From positions 121,098 to 185,097 of the forward strand of contig JAYQIN010000002.1 in assembly GCA_038141665.1 (NCBI GenBank): a stretch of DNA of 64,000 nt. Reading direction: 5' to 3'. The position numbers were made by a program, and so were the translations under genes. The notes under the pieces were generated by a model. The model was not told the DNA's origin and ran no database searches. It saw only the letters and a list, made by a program, of their open reading frames with translations. Origin of the DNA: Thiothrix sp. (lineage in GTDB: Bacteria; Pseudomonadota; Gammaproteobacteria; Poriferisulfidales; GCA-002705445). Position 1 is the first letter of the stretch. Each line of letters starts with the position of its first letter. Of the stretch, positions 54,691 through 64,000 are shown in pieces.

Positions 54691-55667
54691 AAATCCTCCT
54701 TAAATATTAATTCTTCTAGTTTTTTGACAGGTTCTTTCTCATAATTTAATTCATGACACATATAAGCTCTTGTGTGTTTTGAGCCTATATAACCTTTAAA
54801 TATACAAGATAAATGTTTAGTAAAATCAGTTATTTTTAGGTCTTCTTTAAAGTTTTTTCTAATATATTTAAAATACTCCTCTAAAATGCTTTCTTTATCC
54901 AAAATTTTTTCATTATTAATCAAGACATCTATTTCATTAAGTAAAAACGGATTATTGCAAACTGCCCTACCAATCATTACACCATCAACGTTTTCTAAAT
55001 GTTTAACTACCTCTTCAGGCCTATCAATTTCACCGTTAATAATGATTTTAAGATTTGGATAATTTTGTTTTATTTTATAAACTCTTTCATAATTTATTGG
55101 CGGAATTGATCTATTTTTTCTAGGATTTATACCTTTTTTCAAAATAGCTTTTCTTGCATGCAAATGAAATGTTTTAACACCTTCATTAGAAACAATATCA
55201 ATAAAGTTTTTTAAATGACTGATATCATCAATATTATCAATTCCTAAACGAGTTTTTATAGTTACTGGAAGACTGGTTACTTTTGCAATTTCATTAACAC
55301 ATGAGGCCACTAATTTGGGCTGGTTAAACAGACAGGCTCCAAAGTTTCCTGATTGCGCCCTTTTGCTTGGACAACCAATATTTAGATTAATTTCATTATA
55401 TCCATAAGACTCGATTATTTTTGCACATTCAGCTAGTTGTTTTGGATTATCACCTCCAAGTTGAAAGCCCACAGGCTCATCATTCATATGTTCTAATTTA
55501 TTTAGCCTTTTTGATTTGTTATGAAGAATAGCATTTGAAGCTACCATTTCGGTATAAAGCATCGTTTTTTTTGATATTAATCTTAATAAATATCTAAAAT
55601 GCATATCTGTATGCCCCATCATTGGTGCTACACATAATTTATACGAATAATTGTTCATCATAGTCAT
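54651..55667 (-). CDS. dusA: tRNA dihydrouridine synthase DusA
   Basis: VAPMMGHTD.HFRY, YTEM, QLGG, EINLNIGCPS, KTRLGID, HARKA..G..P..NR.IPP, GVMIGR. Confidence 0.93.
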   Translation of the reverse strand: MTMMNNYSYKLCVAPMMGHTDMHFRYLLRLISKKTMLYTEMVASNAILHNKSKRLNKLEHMNDEPVGFQLGGDNPKQLAECAKIIESYGYNEINLNIGCPSKRAQSGNFGACLFNQPKLVASCVNEIAKVTSLPVTIKTRLGIDNIDDISHLKNFIDIVSNEGVKTFHLHARKAILKKGINPRKNRSIPPINYERVYKIKQNYPNLKIIINGEIDRPEEVVKHLENVDGVMIGRAVCNNPFLLNEIDVLINNEKILDKESILEEYFKYIRKNFKEDLKITDFTKHLSCIFKGYIGSKHTRAYMCHELNYEKEPVKKLEELIFKEDLWKNGQDSITTVI

Positions 55668-55716
55668 AAGGTCATTAGTAGTTTATTATATAGTCCTTTT
55701 AGGAAAATATATAATC

Positions 55717-56640
55717 ATGGATTCATCAGCGTTAATTATAAATAATTTAACCAAAACATATTCAAATGGACATAAAGCTCTCCATGGTATCAATTTAGAA
55801 ATTCCTCATGGGGATTTCTTTGCTCTCCTCGGTCCAAATGGAGCAGGAAAATCAACAACCATCGGAATAATAACATCGCTAATTAAAAAAACTAGCGGAG
55901 ATATAAATATATATGGCATTGATATTGATAAAAATTTTGTTAAAGCAAAAACTTTTATAGGCCTAGTTCCTCAAGAAATAAATTTTAATACATTTGAGCC
56001 TATCAATGAAATTATTATAAACCAAGCCGGATATTATGGCGTACCCAGAGAAATTGCTGTACCAGAAGCAAAAAAACTTTTAAAAAAATTAAATTTATGG
56101 GATAAAAAAGACCAGTTTTCAAGAAAACTGTCTGGAGGCATGCAAAGAAGGTTAATGGTTGCAAGAGCTTTAATACATAAACCTAAATTACTAATTTTAG
56201 ATGAGCCAACTGCAGGAGCTGATGTCGAGGTAAGACGTCTAATGTGGGATTACTTAAAGCAACTTAATGATGATGGTACAACAATAATACTAACAACGCA
56301 CTATTTAGAGGAAGCAGAAAATCTCTGCAAAAATATTGCGATAATTGATGATGGTAAAATTTTAGAAAACTCAAGCATGAGATCTTTTCTTAGTAAATTA
56401 AAAAATGAAAAATTTATACTTTATACCGAAAACAAAATTCCTAAAGATTTAAATTTAAATGGACATAATTTTAATTTAATTGACGATAATACACTAGAGG
56501 TCTCAATATCAACAGGATCGAATATTAACTCATTGATACAAGACCTCTCAAAAAAAGATATCAAAGTTAAATCGTTAAAAAATAAAACAGGTAGACTTGA
56601 GGAATTATTTATGAGGTTGGTTGACAAAAATGGGAAATAA
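55717..56640 (+). CDS. ABC transporter ATP-binding protein (YadG-like)
   Basis: GPNGAGKST, LSGGMQRR, LILDEPT, LTTHYLEEAE. Confidence 0.93.
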   Translation: MDSSALIINNLTKTYSNGHKALHGINLEIPHGDFFALLGPNGAGKSTTIGIITSLIKKTSGDINIYGIDIDKNFVKAKTFIGLVPQEINFNTFEPINEIIINQAGYYGVPREIAVPEAKKLLKKLNLWDKKDQFSRKLSGGMQRRLMVARALIHKPKLLILDEPTAGADVEVRRLMWDYLKQLNDDGTTIILTTHYLEEAENLCKNIAIIDDGKILENSSMRSFLSKLKNEKFILYTENKIPKDLNLNGHNFNLIDDNTLEVSISTGSNINSLIQDLSKKDIKVKSLKNKTGRLEELFMRLVDKNGK

Positions 56641-57409
56641 AAAAAATATACAGCTAATAGCATATAAAACTATTGTTAGAAAAGAAGTTTTGAGATTTTC
56701 AAGGATTTGGAAACAAACTCTTATCCCGCCAATTATTACAAATGTTTTATATTTTATAATATTTGGAAACCTTATAGGTGAAAGAATTGGACAAATTGAA
56801 GAATACAATTATACGGATTTTATTTTCCCTGGGTTATTACTTATGTCTGTGATAACGCATTCTTATACAAATACCGTATCATCTTTATATATTTCTAAAT
56901 ATCATAGATATATAGAAGAACTTCTTGTCTCGCCTATTCAAAACTATACAATTTTGGCTGGCTTTATAACCGGAGGTGTAATAAGAGGTCTTTCTGTTGG
57001 AATTGTTGTTATTCTTGCGGCGCAATTTTTTGTATCTTTTACAGTGCACAGCATTCTTTTAATGCTCATTATAATTGTTCTTTCATCAACATTATTTGCT
57101 ATGTGTGGATTTCTAAATGGACTTTTTGCAAATGATTGGGATGATATAAACGTCATACCAACATTTATTATGACTCCACTTACTTATTTAGGGGGAATAT
57201 TTTTTTCTGTATCAATGTTGCCAGGTATTTGGCAAGATATTGCTTTAATAAACCCTATTTTATATTTAATTAACGCACTAAGATTTTCGATGTTAGGCAT
57301 AACCGATGTAAGTATTCTTTTTTCTTTTTTTATAATTTTATTATTTAATTTAATACTTGTTTCTTTTTGTTTATATTTTTTAAATGCTGGAAAAGGTTTA
57401 AGAACTTAA
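56630..57409 (+). CDS. ABC-2 permease (YadH-like)
   Basis: RIWKQTLIPP, IEELLVSP, PLTYLGGIF, NPILY. Confidence 0.92.
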   Translation: MGNKKNIQLIAYKTIVRKEVLRFSRIWKQTLIPPIITNVLYFIIFGNLIGERIGQIEEYNYTDFIFPGLLLMSVITHSYTNTVSSLYISKYHRYIEELLVSPIQNYTILAGFITGGVIRGLSVGIVVILAAQFFVSFTVHSILLMLIIIVLSSTLFAMCGFLNGLFANDWDDINVIPTFIMTPLTYLGGIFFSVSMLPGIWQDIALINPILYLINALRFSMLGITDVSILFSFFIILLFNLILVSFCLYFLNAGKGLRT

Positions 57410-57415
57410 TATTTT

Positions 57416-57994
57416 ATGAATAAACAACAAAATATATTGGACAATGTTTGGAAAGAGCTCAATCTTGGTTTGAGTAAATCTAAACACCCGTTTCATATAT
57501 TTTCTATATGTACAATAAATAATAATAAGCCTGATAGCAGATATGTAGTTCTTCGGGATGTTAATAAAGATGATAAAGTACTAACATTTCATACAGATAA
57601 AAGATCAAAAAAAATTAAACATATTGAAGCTAAGAACAGCGCATGCGCATTATTTTACGACCAACAACAAAAAATACAGCTTCGATTATATGGAGATATT
57701 TATGAAGTTGAAGATAAATTAGAAATTAAAGAAAGATGGAAAAAATCAAAAAATATGAGCAAATTATGCTACTTAAATAAATACCCGCCTGGAGAAGTAA
57801 TACAAACATCAAAAGAATATATTTATGATGAAAATGATCTAAATTATATTGAAAATGGTATAGAAAATTTTTCAGTAATTAATATTAAAATTAGCAAAAT
57901 TGATTGGTTAAATTTAAACCACAAAGGACATGAAAGAATGATTATAAGTTTTTTAAGTAATAACGCTGTTAAATTTGAATGGGTTGCTCCTTAG
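57416..57994 (+). CDS. Pyridoxamine 5'-phosphate oxidase-like FMN-binding protein
   Basis: HPFH, RYVVLR, FHTDKRSKK, FYD...KIQLR, IDWL.L...GH.R, WVAP. Confidence 0.85.
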   Translation: MNKQQNILDNVWKELNLGLSKSKHPFHIFSICTINNNKPDSRYVVLRDVNKDDKVLTFHTDKRSKKIKHIEAKNSACALFYDQQQKIQLRLYGDIYEVEDKLEIKERWKKSKNMSKLCYLNKYPPGEVIQTSKEYIYDENDLNYIENGIENFSVINIKISKIDWLNLNHKGHERMIISFLSNNAVKFEWVAP

Positions 57995-58006
57995 GATAAA
58001 TCTATT

Positions 58007-58565
58007 ATGAATGCAATTGACAATATTTTAACTAGAACATCACCTATCAAGCTCACTTTGCCCTTCCCAAATGATGATGAAATGAAGACTGTTTATAAGG
58101 CAGCACTTAAGGGCTCCTGACCATGCTTGGTTGAGACCATCAAGATTTATTCAAGTATCTGGTGATGGTATTGATCAATTATCAAAAATTTTTACAGATT
58201 ATTGTAAAAAAAATATAAAAGATATTACGGAAGAAAAATTAAACAAATATAAAAATGCTCCCTATAGAGCCCCAATGATAATTATTTTAATATCAAGTAT
58301 TACTCGCCACCCTACAGTTCCAGATCACGAGCAAATGTTTTCAACTGCTGCTGCCGCTCAAAATATTCTTCTTTCTCTTCATGCGATGGGTTATGGTGGC
58401 ATATGGAGAACAGGAATTTTTGCTATGAATACTGAAATTGAGAAGTCGCTTGGGCTAGCTGATAACCAAAAAATACTTGGATATCTTTATATTGGAACCC
58501 CTGATAAAAAAATTAAAAAAATACCGCCTGTTGAATTAGAAAAACATGTGACAAAACTTGATTAA
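58007..58565 (+). CDS. Nitroreductase, YdjA family; 1-nt frameshift near 58110
   Basis: MNAIDNILTRTS.. then A(L/R)APDHAWLRP across the shift, RAP, AAAQN, GYGGIWRTG, GYLYIGT. Confidence 0.88.
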
Positions 58566-58569
58566 ATAT

Positions 58570-58794
58570 TTAATACCACCATTTTTTACTAATGAATCCT
58601 CGTAATAGCCAAAAAAAAACATATACAGATATGCCTATAATTGCAAGTTTGCTAACTTGAATTAACTTATATTCATCCATTTGACCGGATATAGATGCTA
58701 GAGCAAATATAGTTAAGAACATAAAAACTGTAAGCCATGCAGTTGCAAGCCAAAACAGCCCTTCTAAAATACTATTAAGCAAGTCTTTGTCCAT
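58570..58794 (-). CDS. Small hypothetical membrane protein (2 TM)
   Basis: Two hydrophobic segments in 74 aa. Confidence 0.6.
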   Translation of the reverse strand: MDKDLLNSILEGLFWLATAWLTVFMFLTIFALASISGQMDEYKLIQVSKLAIIGISVYVFFWLLRGFISKKWWY

Positions 58795-58844
58795 ATAGCT
58801 AGAATATCATGTTAAAATCAATCAAACTATAAAGGAGTATAATT

Positions 58845-59054
58845 ATGTCAGATGAAATGTGTAAAAAAGATATTAGGGGTTTGTTGAAAACTTTTGGTGT
58901 TATGGCTGATGAAGCAATTGTAAGTCATATTGCAAAAAATCCAGGGCTATCAAAACTAAGTCTAAAAGTGACGCTTGAGGATAATACGCAATATTCAGAC
59001 GATAATATTGAAAAGCTTAATCTAGAAGTTACTAAAGATATAAATTGTAAATAA
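58845..59054 (+). CDS. Small hypothetical protein
   Basis: Strong RBS AAGGAG; IRGLLKTFGVMADEAI looks like a conserved uncharacterised motif. Confidence 0.7.
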   Translation: MSDEMCKKDIRGLLKTFGVMADEAIVSHIAKNPGLSKLSLKVTLEDNTQYSDDNIEKLNLEVTKDINCK

Positions 59055-59059
59055 CTGAT

Positions 59060-59935
59060 TTATTTATTAATTTTTTTTAAAAAATCCAATACTGTTCTTT
59101 TTATTTTCATGTCATGCATTAAGCCATGAGATTTAGATAATTGAGAGCCATCATCTATAACAATAGATTTACTATAAGGATTATCGTTAATAAATTGACC
59201 ACAATGACCTCTCAAAATATCTAATTGGAACCATGGGTCGTTTTTTGCAACCATAGATAGAACTGGCTCATTATCCGGAGTGTTTACCCCAATATATTCA
59301 GGCCAACCAGCATTGCAAGTCCAGCCCTCAATTACTCTCGCATTAACTTTGGCTTTTAAGTTTTGTGGATTATAAGTAGCAACTGTTATTCCCCCTTCGC
59401 TTAATCCAAACAAAAAAATATTATTATTGTCTACCCAGCTAAGTTTTTTTGCCATTAATACAGCATTTTCAGCGTCAATTTGCCTAATTTTGAGGACTTT
59501 TCTATACATACCACCTTTATTAATAGCTGTATCACAAGATTGAGCATATTTTTTTCTTGCCATGCTTGCAGGCGCAATCACCGCATAACCATTTTTTGCA
59601 AAAAAATCTATTCTTTTAGCAGTCCCGCTCCAATGTCCAGAGCAGCCATGAAGATAAATTATCGTTTTAAAATTACTTTTAGAAAAATCATCATACTTAT
59701 TAAGCTCCTTTACAGATGTTCTGATGATACTGCCATCATTTTTTGGAATTCTTACCAAAGCATTTGTCCAGGTCAATTTAATTTCCTCTGGATCAAGGAA
59801 ATCTTTTTCATGCATATCAGCATTAGAAGTGAAAGTTTTTGACGAATTATGAAAGTCAGAGTAAAAATTATTATAATAATCAGAATCAAAGACATTTGAG
59901 AATGAAAAAACTAAGAAAATTATAAAATTACGCAT
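59060..59935 (-). CDS. Secreted alpha/beta hydrolase (dienelactone hydrolase-like)
   Basis: YLHGCSG, GYAVIAP, nucleophile GLSEGG, DPW, H near C-terminus. Confidence 0.85.
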   Translation of the reverse strand: MRNFIIFLVFSFSNVFDSDYYNNFYSDFHNSSKTFTSNADMHEKDFLDPEEIKLTWTNALVRIPKNDGSIIRTSVKELNKYDDFSKSNFKTIIYLHGCSGHWSGTAKRIDFFAKNGYAVIAPASMARKKYAQSCDTAINKGGMYRKVLKIRQIDAENAVLMAKKLSWVDNNNIFLFGLSEGGITVATYNPQNLKAKVNARVIEGWTCNAGWPEYIGVNTPDNEPVLSMVAKNDPWFQLDILRGHCGQFINDNPYSKSIVIDDGSQLSKSHGLMHDMKIKRTVLDFLKKINK

Positions 59936-59963
59936 ATCATTATATTAATTTAAAAAATAAATT

Positions 59964-60404
59964 ATGTATACTGGTAAAATGACTTCACTAGAATATCCCA
60001 GTACTGACAAACAAATATTATTATGGAATAGTTATCTTAACTCAAAAAGATTATGCCCAATTGAGCTTCTTATTAATAAAAAAAATAAGAATTTCAATAA
60101 CTTGCAAAAAATTTTTAAAACTTTAGCTTTGGATAACATACAGCCAAAAATTTTTATAAATACATATATTGATGCGAAGAAAAAAAATAATACAGAGCAG
60201 TTTGTTCTCAGCATGACAAACCTATTTATGTCGCATAAAGTTAATAAGGCCTTAAGCGAAGGACAGTCAATAAAATCTGCAAGAACACAAACTGTGGCTA
60301 GAATTCTTGCTCTTTCATTTAGCAATGCAAATAAAAGTGAAGATGAGAATTTTAAAAACATGAAAAATACAGTAAGGAGTATTACAAAAGATATAAGAAT
60401 TTAA
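59964..60404 (+). CDS. Hypothetical protein
   Basis: 146-aa ORF filling the gap; no recognised motif. Confidence 0.55.
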   Translation: MYTGKMTSLEYPSTDKQILLWNSYLNSKRLCPIELLINKKNKNFNNLQKIFKTLALDNIQPKIFINTYIDAKKKNNTEQFVLSMTNLFMSHKVNKALSEGQSIKSARTQTVARILALSFSNANKSEDENFKNMKNTVRSITKDIRI

Positions 60405-60548
60405 TTAAAAAATTAATTTCAAAAAAAAAAATAAAAATTCTTAATATGTGCACAGAATATATATATTTTCATTTCTAGGCATATTTTTACTAAATGTATA
60501 TTTATATATACATAAATATAGTAAACTTCTTCTTTTTATGGATTTCTT

Positions 60549-60839
60549 ATGAAGCAGTTACTTACCACCTTAAATTGGATTAAAAAAGATTATTCTTCGC
60601 ACCCTTTTCGTTTTGTTATTGAATTTTTAGCTTGGCTTATAACAATAGGTTGTTCGATAGTTATGGCAATTACAGTGCCAAATCCTCCATTATTTGAACT
60701 TTATATTGTTTGGATATTTGGCTGCATTCTATATACATGGGCTGCATTTACTAGAGGATCTTTTGGAATGTTAGCGAATTATATAGCACTTACTTTAATC
60801 GACAGTTTTGGACTGTATCGAATTATTATCACAGCATAG
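60549..60839 (+). CDS. Small 3-TM membrane protein
   Basis: DYSSHPFRFVIEFLAW..IGCS..MA.TVPNPPL, RGSFGMLANY. Confidence 0.75.
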   Translation: MKQLLTTLNWIKKDYSSHPFRFVIEFLAWLITIGCSIVMAITVPNPPLFELYIVWIFGCILYTWAAFTRGSFGMLANYIALTLIDSFGLYRIIITA

Positions 60840-61170
60840 CTTTTAAATTTTCGGGTGGCCTACCTAAAATAGCTTCTTTATCAGAGATTAGTATTGGCCT
60901 CTCTATAAGAGTCGGAAATTTTAATAAAATATTTATTATTTGTTTATCTGACATTCCCGCAATATCTATATTGTTTTCTTTAATAATTTTTTCTTTTTTT
61001 CTAACAAGTTCTATTGGTTTTATCTTGAGCTTTTGAATTATTTCTGTAAGTTCGGCAAATGTAATTTTTTCTGATAAATATAACTTAATCTTAAAATCTT
61101 TTTTGCAATTTTCTAGAAGTCGCAACCCTTCTCTGGACTTGCTACATCTTGGATTATGGTAATAAATCAT
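60829..61170 (-). CDS. ArsC/Spx family reductase
   Basis: YHNPRCSKSRE, P.LIERPI, GRPPE. Confidence 0.92.
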   Translation of the reverse strand: MIYYHNPRCSKSREGLRLLENCKKDFKIKLYLSEKITFAELTEIIQKLKIKPIELVRKKEKIIKENNIDIAGMSDKQIINILLKFPTLIERPILISDKEAILGRPPENLKAML

Positions 61171-61187
61171 ATTTAATAAGCCTAAAA

Positions 61188-61263
61188 TGGCGTCCCCAAG
61201 GGGAGTCGAACCCCTGTTGCCGAGATGAAAACCCGGTGTCCTAGGCCTCTAGACGATGGGGAC
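61188..61263 (-). tRNA. tRNA-Glu (TTC)
   Basis: Minus strand GTCCCCATCGTCTAGAGGCCTAGGACACCGGGTTTTCATCTCGG...GGTTCGACTCCCCTTGGGGACGCCA. Confidence 0.97.
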
Positions 61264-61304
61264 ACTAGGAAAGTCAGTGATTTTGGGGCTGTTTGAGCGT
61301 AATG

Positions 61305-62687
61305 TCAAGTAATCAAAGTTTTTGCAGCTTTTAAGCGTTTTAAACAAGAGTTTTTTCCAAGGAGATATATAGTTGTATCAATAGATGGTGATGATAATGA
61401 GCCAGTTAACGCAACTCTTACTGGCTTTGCAAATTTTGGTGTGTCAAGTTCTAGAGATATTTTAATGTTTTCAATTATCGCTTGTATATTTTCAAGGCAC
61501 CAATCGCTTTCACCTTCCAATTGCGTTATCAAAACATCAAAAATCTGAGAGTTCCCATCTACAAGAAATTTAGCTTTGAGCTTATCATCAATATCAAAAT
61601 TATCTGATAAGAAGAATTGGCTTTCGTCGACTATATCCTTAATTGTTTTACACCTATCTCTTTGAGCTTCAATAATCTCCATTAATTTATCTTCACCAAA
61701 ACTATCAAATTTTTTTGTTAGGTGCTTGAATTCAGTATATAAATCATAAATTTGCAATTCTTTTATAAAATATTTATTAAGTGAATAAAGTTTCTTATAG
61801 TCAAAAATTGAAGAAGATTTATTTAAACTATTTAAATTAAAAAGTTCTACAAGCTCTTCAAGTGTAAACTTTTCTTTATCTCCAGAAGCCCAGCCCAATC
61901 TAGCAAGATAATTGATAATTGCTATTGGCAATAGGCCCTCTTCTCTAAAGTCATAAGTGCTAGTAGCCCCATGCCTTTTTGATAATCTTTTTCTATCCTC
62001 GCCCATTATCAGCGGAATATGTGTGTAAGTTGGAAGTTTATAATCTAATAAATTCATCATATGAACTTGTCTTAATGTGTTATTTAGGTGATCATCACCC
62101 CGAATCACATTAGTGATACCCATATCTATATCATCTACTACCACAGTGAGATTATAAGTTGGACTTCCATCAGCTCTTTGGATGATTAAATCATCTAATT
62201 CGCTATTATTAACCGATATCTCTCCTTTCAAAGTATCGTTAACAACTATTTTACCATCAAGAGGAGTCTTAAATCGTATAACTGACCCAGGCTCATTCGC
62301 AAGATTTTTATCGCGATTTCTCCCGTCATATTTAGGTTTAATTCCTGCCTTCTGTTGTGAAGCACGAAGCTGATCTAGCTCTTCTTTCGAGCAATTACAA
62401 TAATATGCATTTCCATCTTCAAGTAATTTATCAATAACAGACTTGTATTTGTTGGCTCTTTCACTTTGATAAACTAAACCATCATCGTACGATATTCCAA
62501 GCCAATCTAGAGATTCTAAGATACTTTCTACATATTTCTGTTCTGAGCGGTTTTTATCTGTATCCTCAATCCTTAGAAGGAATTTCCCATTTTGATTTCT
62601 TGCATATAACCAGTTAAATAAGGCTGTTCGTGCTCCTCCAATATGTAAATTCCCAGTTGGGCTTGGTGCAAATCTAGTTATAACCAT
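61305..62687 (-). CDS. gltX: Glutamate--tRNA ligase
   Basis: RFAPSPTG.LHIGG, RIEDTD, IRGDDH, LSKRHG. Confidence 0.98.
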   Translation of the reverse strand: MVITRFAPSPTGNLHIGGARTALFNWLYARNQNGKFLLRIEDTDKNRSEQKYVESILESLDWLGISYDDGLVYQSERANKYKSVIDKLLEDGNAYYCNCSKEELDQLRASQQKAGIKPKYDGRNRDKNLANEPGSVIRFKTPLDGKIVVNDTLKGEISVNNSELDDLIIQRADGSPTYNLTVVVDDIDMGITNVIRGDDHLNNTLRQVHMMNLLDYKLPTYTHIPLIMGEDRKRLSKRHGATSTYDFREEGLLPIAIINYLARLGWASGDKEKFTLEELVELFNLNSLNKSSSIFDYKKLYSLNKYFIKELQIYDLYTEFKHLTKKFDSFGEDKLMEIIEAQRDRCKTIKDIVDESQFFLSDNFDIDDKLKAKFLVDGNSQIFDVLITQLEGESDWCLENIQAIIENIKISLELDTPKFAKPVRVALTGSLSSPSIDTTIYLLGKNSCLKRLKAAKTLIT

Positions 62688-62757
62688 CTTAATACCTTGA
62701 AAAATGAATGTAAGAGTTGTATTTTAATTCGATTTAAATATAGACTGCAATCATATT

Positions 62758-63879
62758 ATGTTAATAGATGAATATAAAGCACTGAGTTCAAGGAACGATT
62801 TTTTTATAGATCCTGAACAACAAAAAACAATTGATTCCTTTCAAGAGTTATACAATCGTATTCTTGGAATTAGGAATCCCGGTGGTTCTATTTTAGGCAA
62901 TATTGGCGCTACATTATTTAGTAAAAGATCTAGTGAAAATAACAAGGGAATTTATCTTTATGGTGGCGTAGGCAGAGGCAAAACTTTTTTGATGGATATG
63001 TTTTATAAAGAGTTACCAATTAAAAAAAAGCGTAGAATACATTTTCATAGATTTATGAACGATATTCATGATCAATTAAATACAAAAAAAGATATAGTAA
63101 ACCCAATTGACCATATTGCTAAAGATATTTCACAAGATATCAATGTCTTGTGTTTTGATGAGTTTATTGTAAATGATATAGCAGATGCAATGATACTAGG
63201 AGAATTATTAAAAGGATTATTTGCAAACAAAGTAACTATTGTTTTTACATCAAATACAGAACCAAAAAAACTTTACTCAAACGGTTTGCAGAGAGAAAAA
63301 TTTCATTATGCCATTAAGCTAATTGAAGAAAATACAGAAATTATTCATCTTGAGAGTAACAAAGATTATAGATTATTAAAATTTGGAAACGTAGGTACAT
63401 ATCATTATCCAAATAATGAGCAAACTGATTTAAATATGCAGCAGTATTTTTCATCTATCGCACCAGATTGGTTTAATTGGTTTACTAGAAAACCTGTTTT
63501 TGAAGGTGCTACAATACCTATCAATAATAGAGATATTGATGTAAGATTTTTATCTTCAAATACAGTTTGGTTTAAATTTAATGTAATTTGCGGTAATGGA
63601 AGATCACAAAATGACTATATTGAAATTTCTAAAATATATCAAAATGTTTTTATATCTGATGTTCCAAAAATGGACAGTAATTCTATTGATGAAGCAAGAA
63701 GATTTATTAATATGATTGATGAATTTTATGATAGAAATGTTAAAGTTATAATTTCAGCAGAGTCTTCCATAGAGGACTTATGCAATATTAAAAAAATAAA
63801 TGCTGATTTTAAAAGAACTAAAAGCAGACTTAGCGAAATGCAGTCCGATGAGTATATGAAAAAAGAACATAAACAATAA
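62758..63879 (+). CDS. zapE: AFG1/ZapE family ATPase
   Basis: [47 protein letters not shown]. Confidence 0.93.
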   Translation: MLIDEYKALSSRNDFFIDPEQQKTIDSFQELYNRILGIRNPGGSILGNIGATLFSKRSSENNKGIYLYGGVGRGKTFLMDMFYKELPIKKKRRIHFHRFMNDIHDQLNTKKDIVNPIDHIAKDISQDINVLCFDEFIVNDIADAMILGELLKGLFANKVTIVFTSNTEPKKLYSNGLQREKFHYAIKLIEENTEIIHLESNKDYRLLKFGNVGTYHYPNNEQTDLNMQQYFSSIAPDWFNWFTRKPVFEGATIPINNRDIDVRFLSSNTVWFKFNVICGNGRSQNDYIEISKIYQNVFISDVPKMDSNSIDEARRFINMIDEFYDRNVKVIISAESSIEDLCNIKKINADFKRTKSRLSEMQSDEYMKKEHKQ

Positions 63880-63895
63880 TACGAGATTATATAAA

Positions 63896-64000
63896 ATGAA
63901 AAAACCAGTTAACGTTGCAATTACAGGAGCAGCAGGAAACATTGCTTATTCTGCTATTTTTAAAGTGGCTTCAGGTCAGATGCTCGGAAATGATCAGCCT
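63896..64000 (+). CDS. mdh: Malate dehydrogenase (5' partial)
   Basis: [35 protein letters not shown]. Confidence 0.9.
   Translation, partial: MKKPVNVAITGAAGNIAYSAIFKVASGQMLGNDQP

Overview
AT-rich, tightly packed chromosomal segment that looks like a streamlined (probably marine) gammaproteobacterium, judged from gene order, a tmRNA tag of ANEDNYALAA and a gamma-type dif site. Core blocks: aspS-nudB-yebC-[Hjc-like resolvase where ruvCAB normally sits]-ybgC-tolQRAB-pal-cpoB-queEC-tRNA-Lys; bepA/tusA-ilvIHC-pssA-leuA-holD-like-rimI; tmRNA; purL; holB; dusA; yadGH; tRNA-Glu-gltX; zapE; mdh. Accessory content: (i) a cytoplasmic molybdopterin oxidoreductase, an FAD/NAD reductase with a C-terminal 4Fe-4S domain and an ammonium transporter; (ii) the H4MPT-dependent formaldehyde oxidation cluster mptG-mtdB-orfY-mch-orf5-orf7-fae; (iii) QueD fused to an apparently degenerate LAGLIDADG domain; (iv) a DUF4956/CotH-kinase/VTC polyphosphate-polymerase locus; (v) a furan-fatty-acid-type cluster (ufaD/ufaO/cfa/SDR) abutting a dif site at 53875-53902; (vi) two tandem small secreted HCSxGASH proteins and an unannotated 29-aa membrane smORF. 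About a dozen genes carry single-base frameshifts, mostly in or near homopolymers, which are more likely long-read assembly errors than true pseudogenes. All protein assignments come from motif recognition and synteny by eye; no searches were run.
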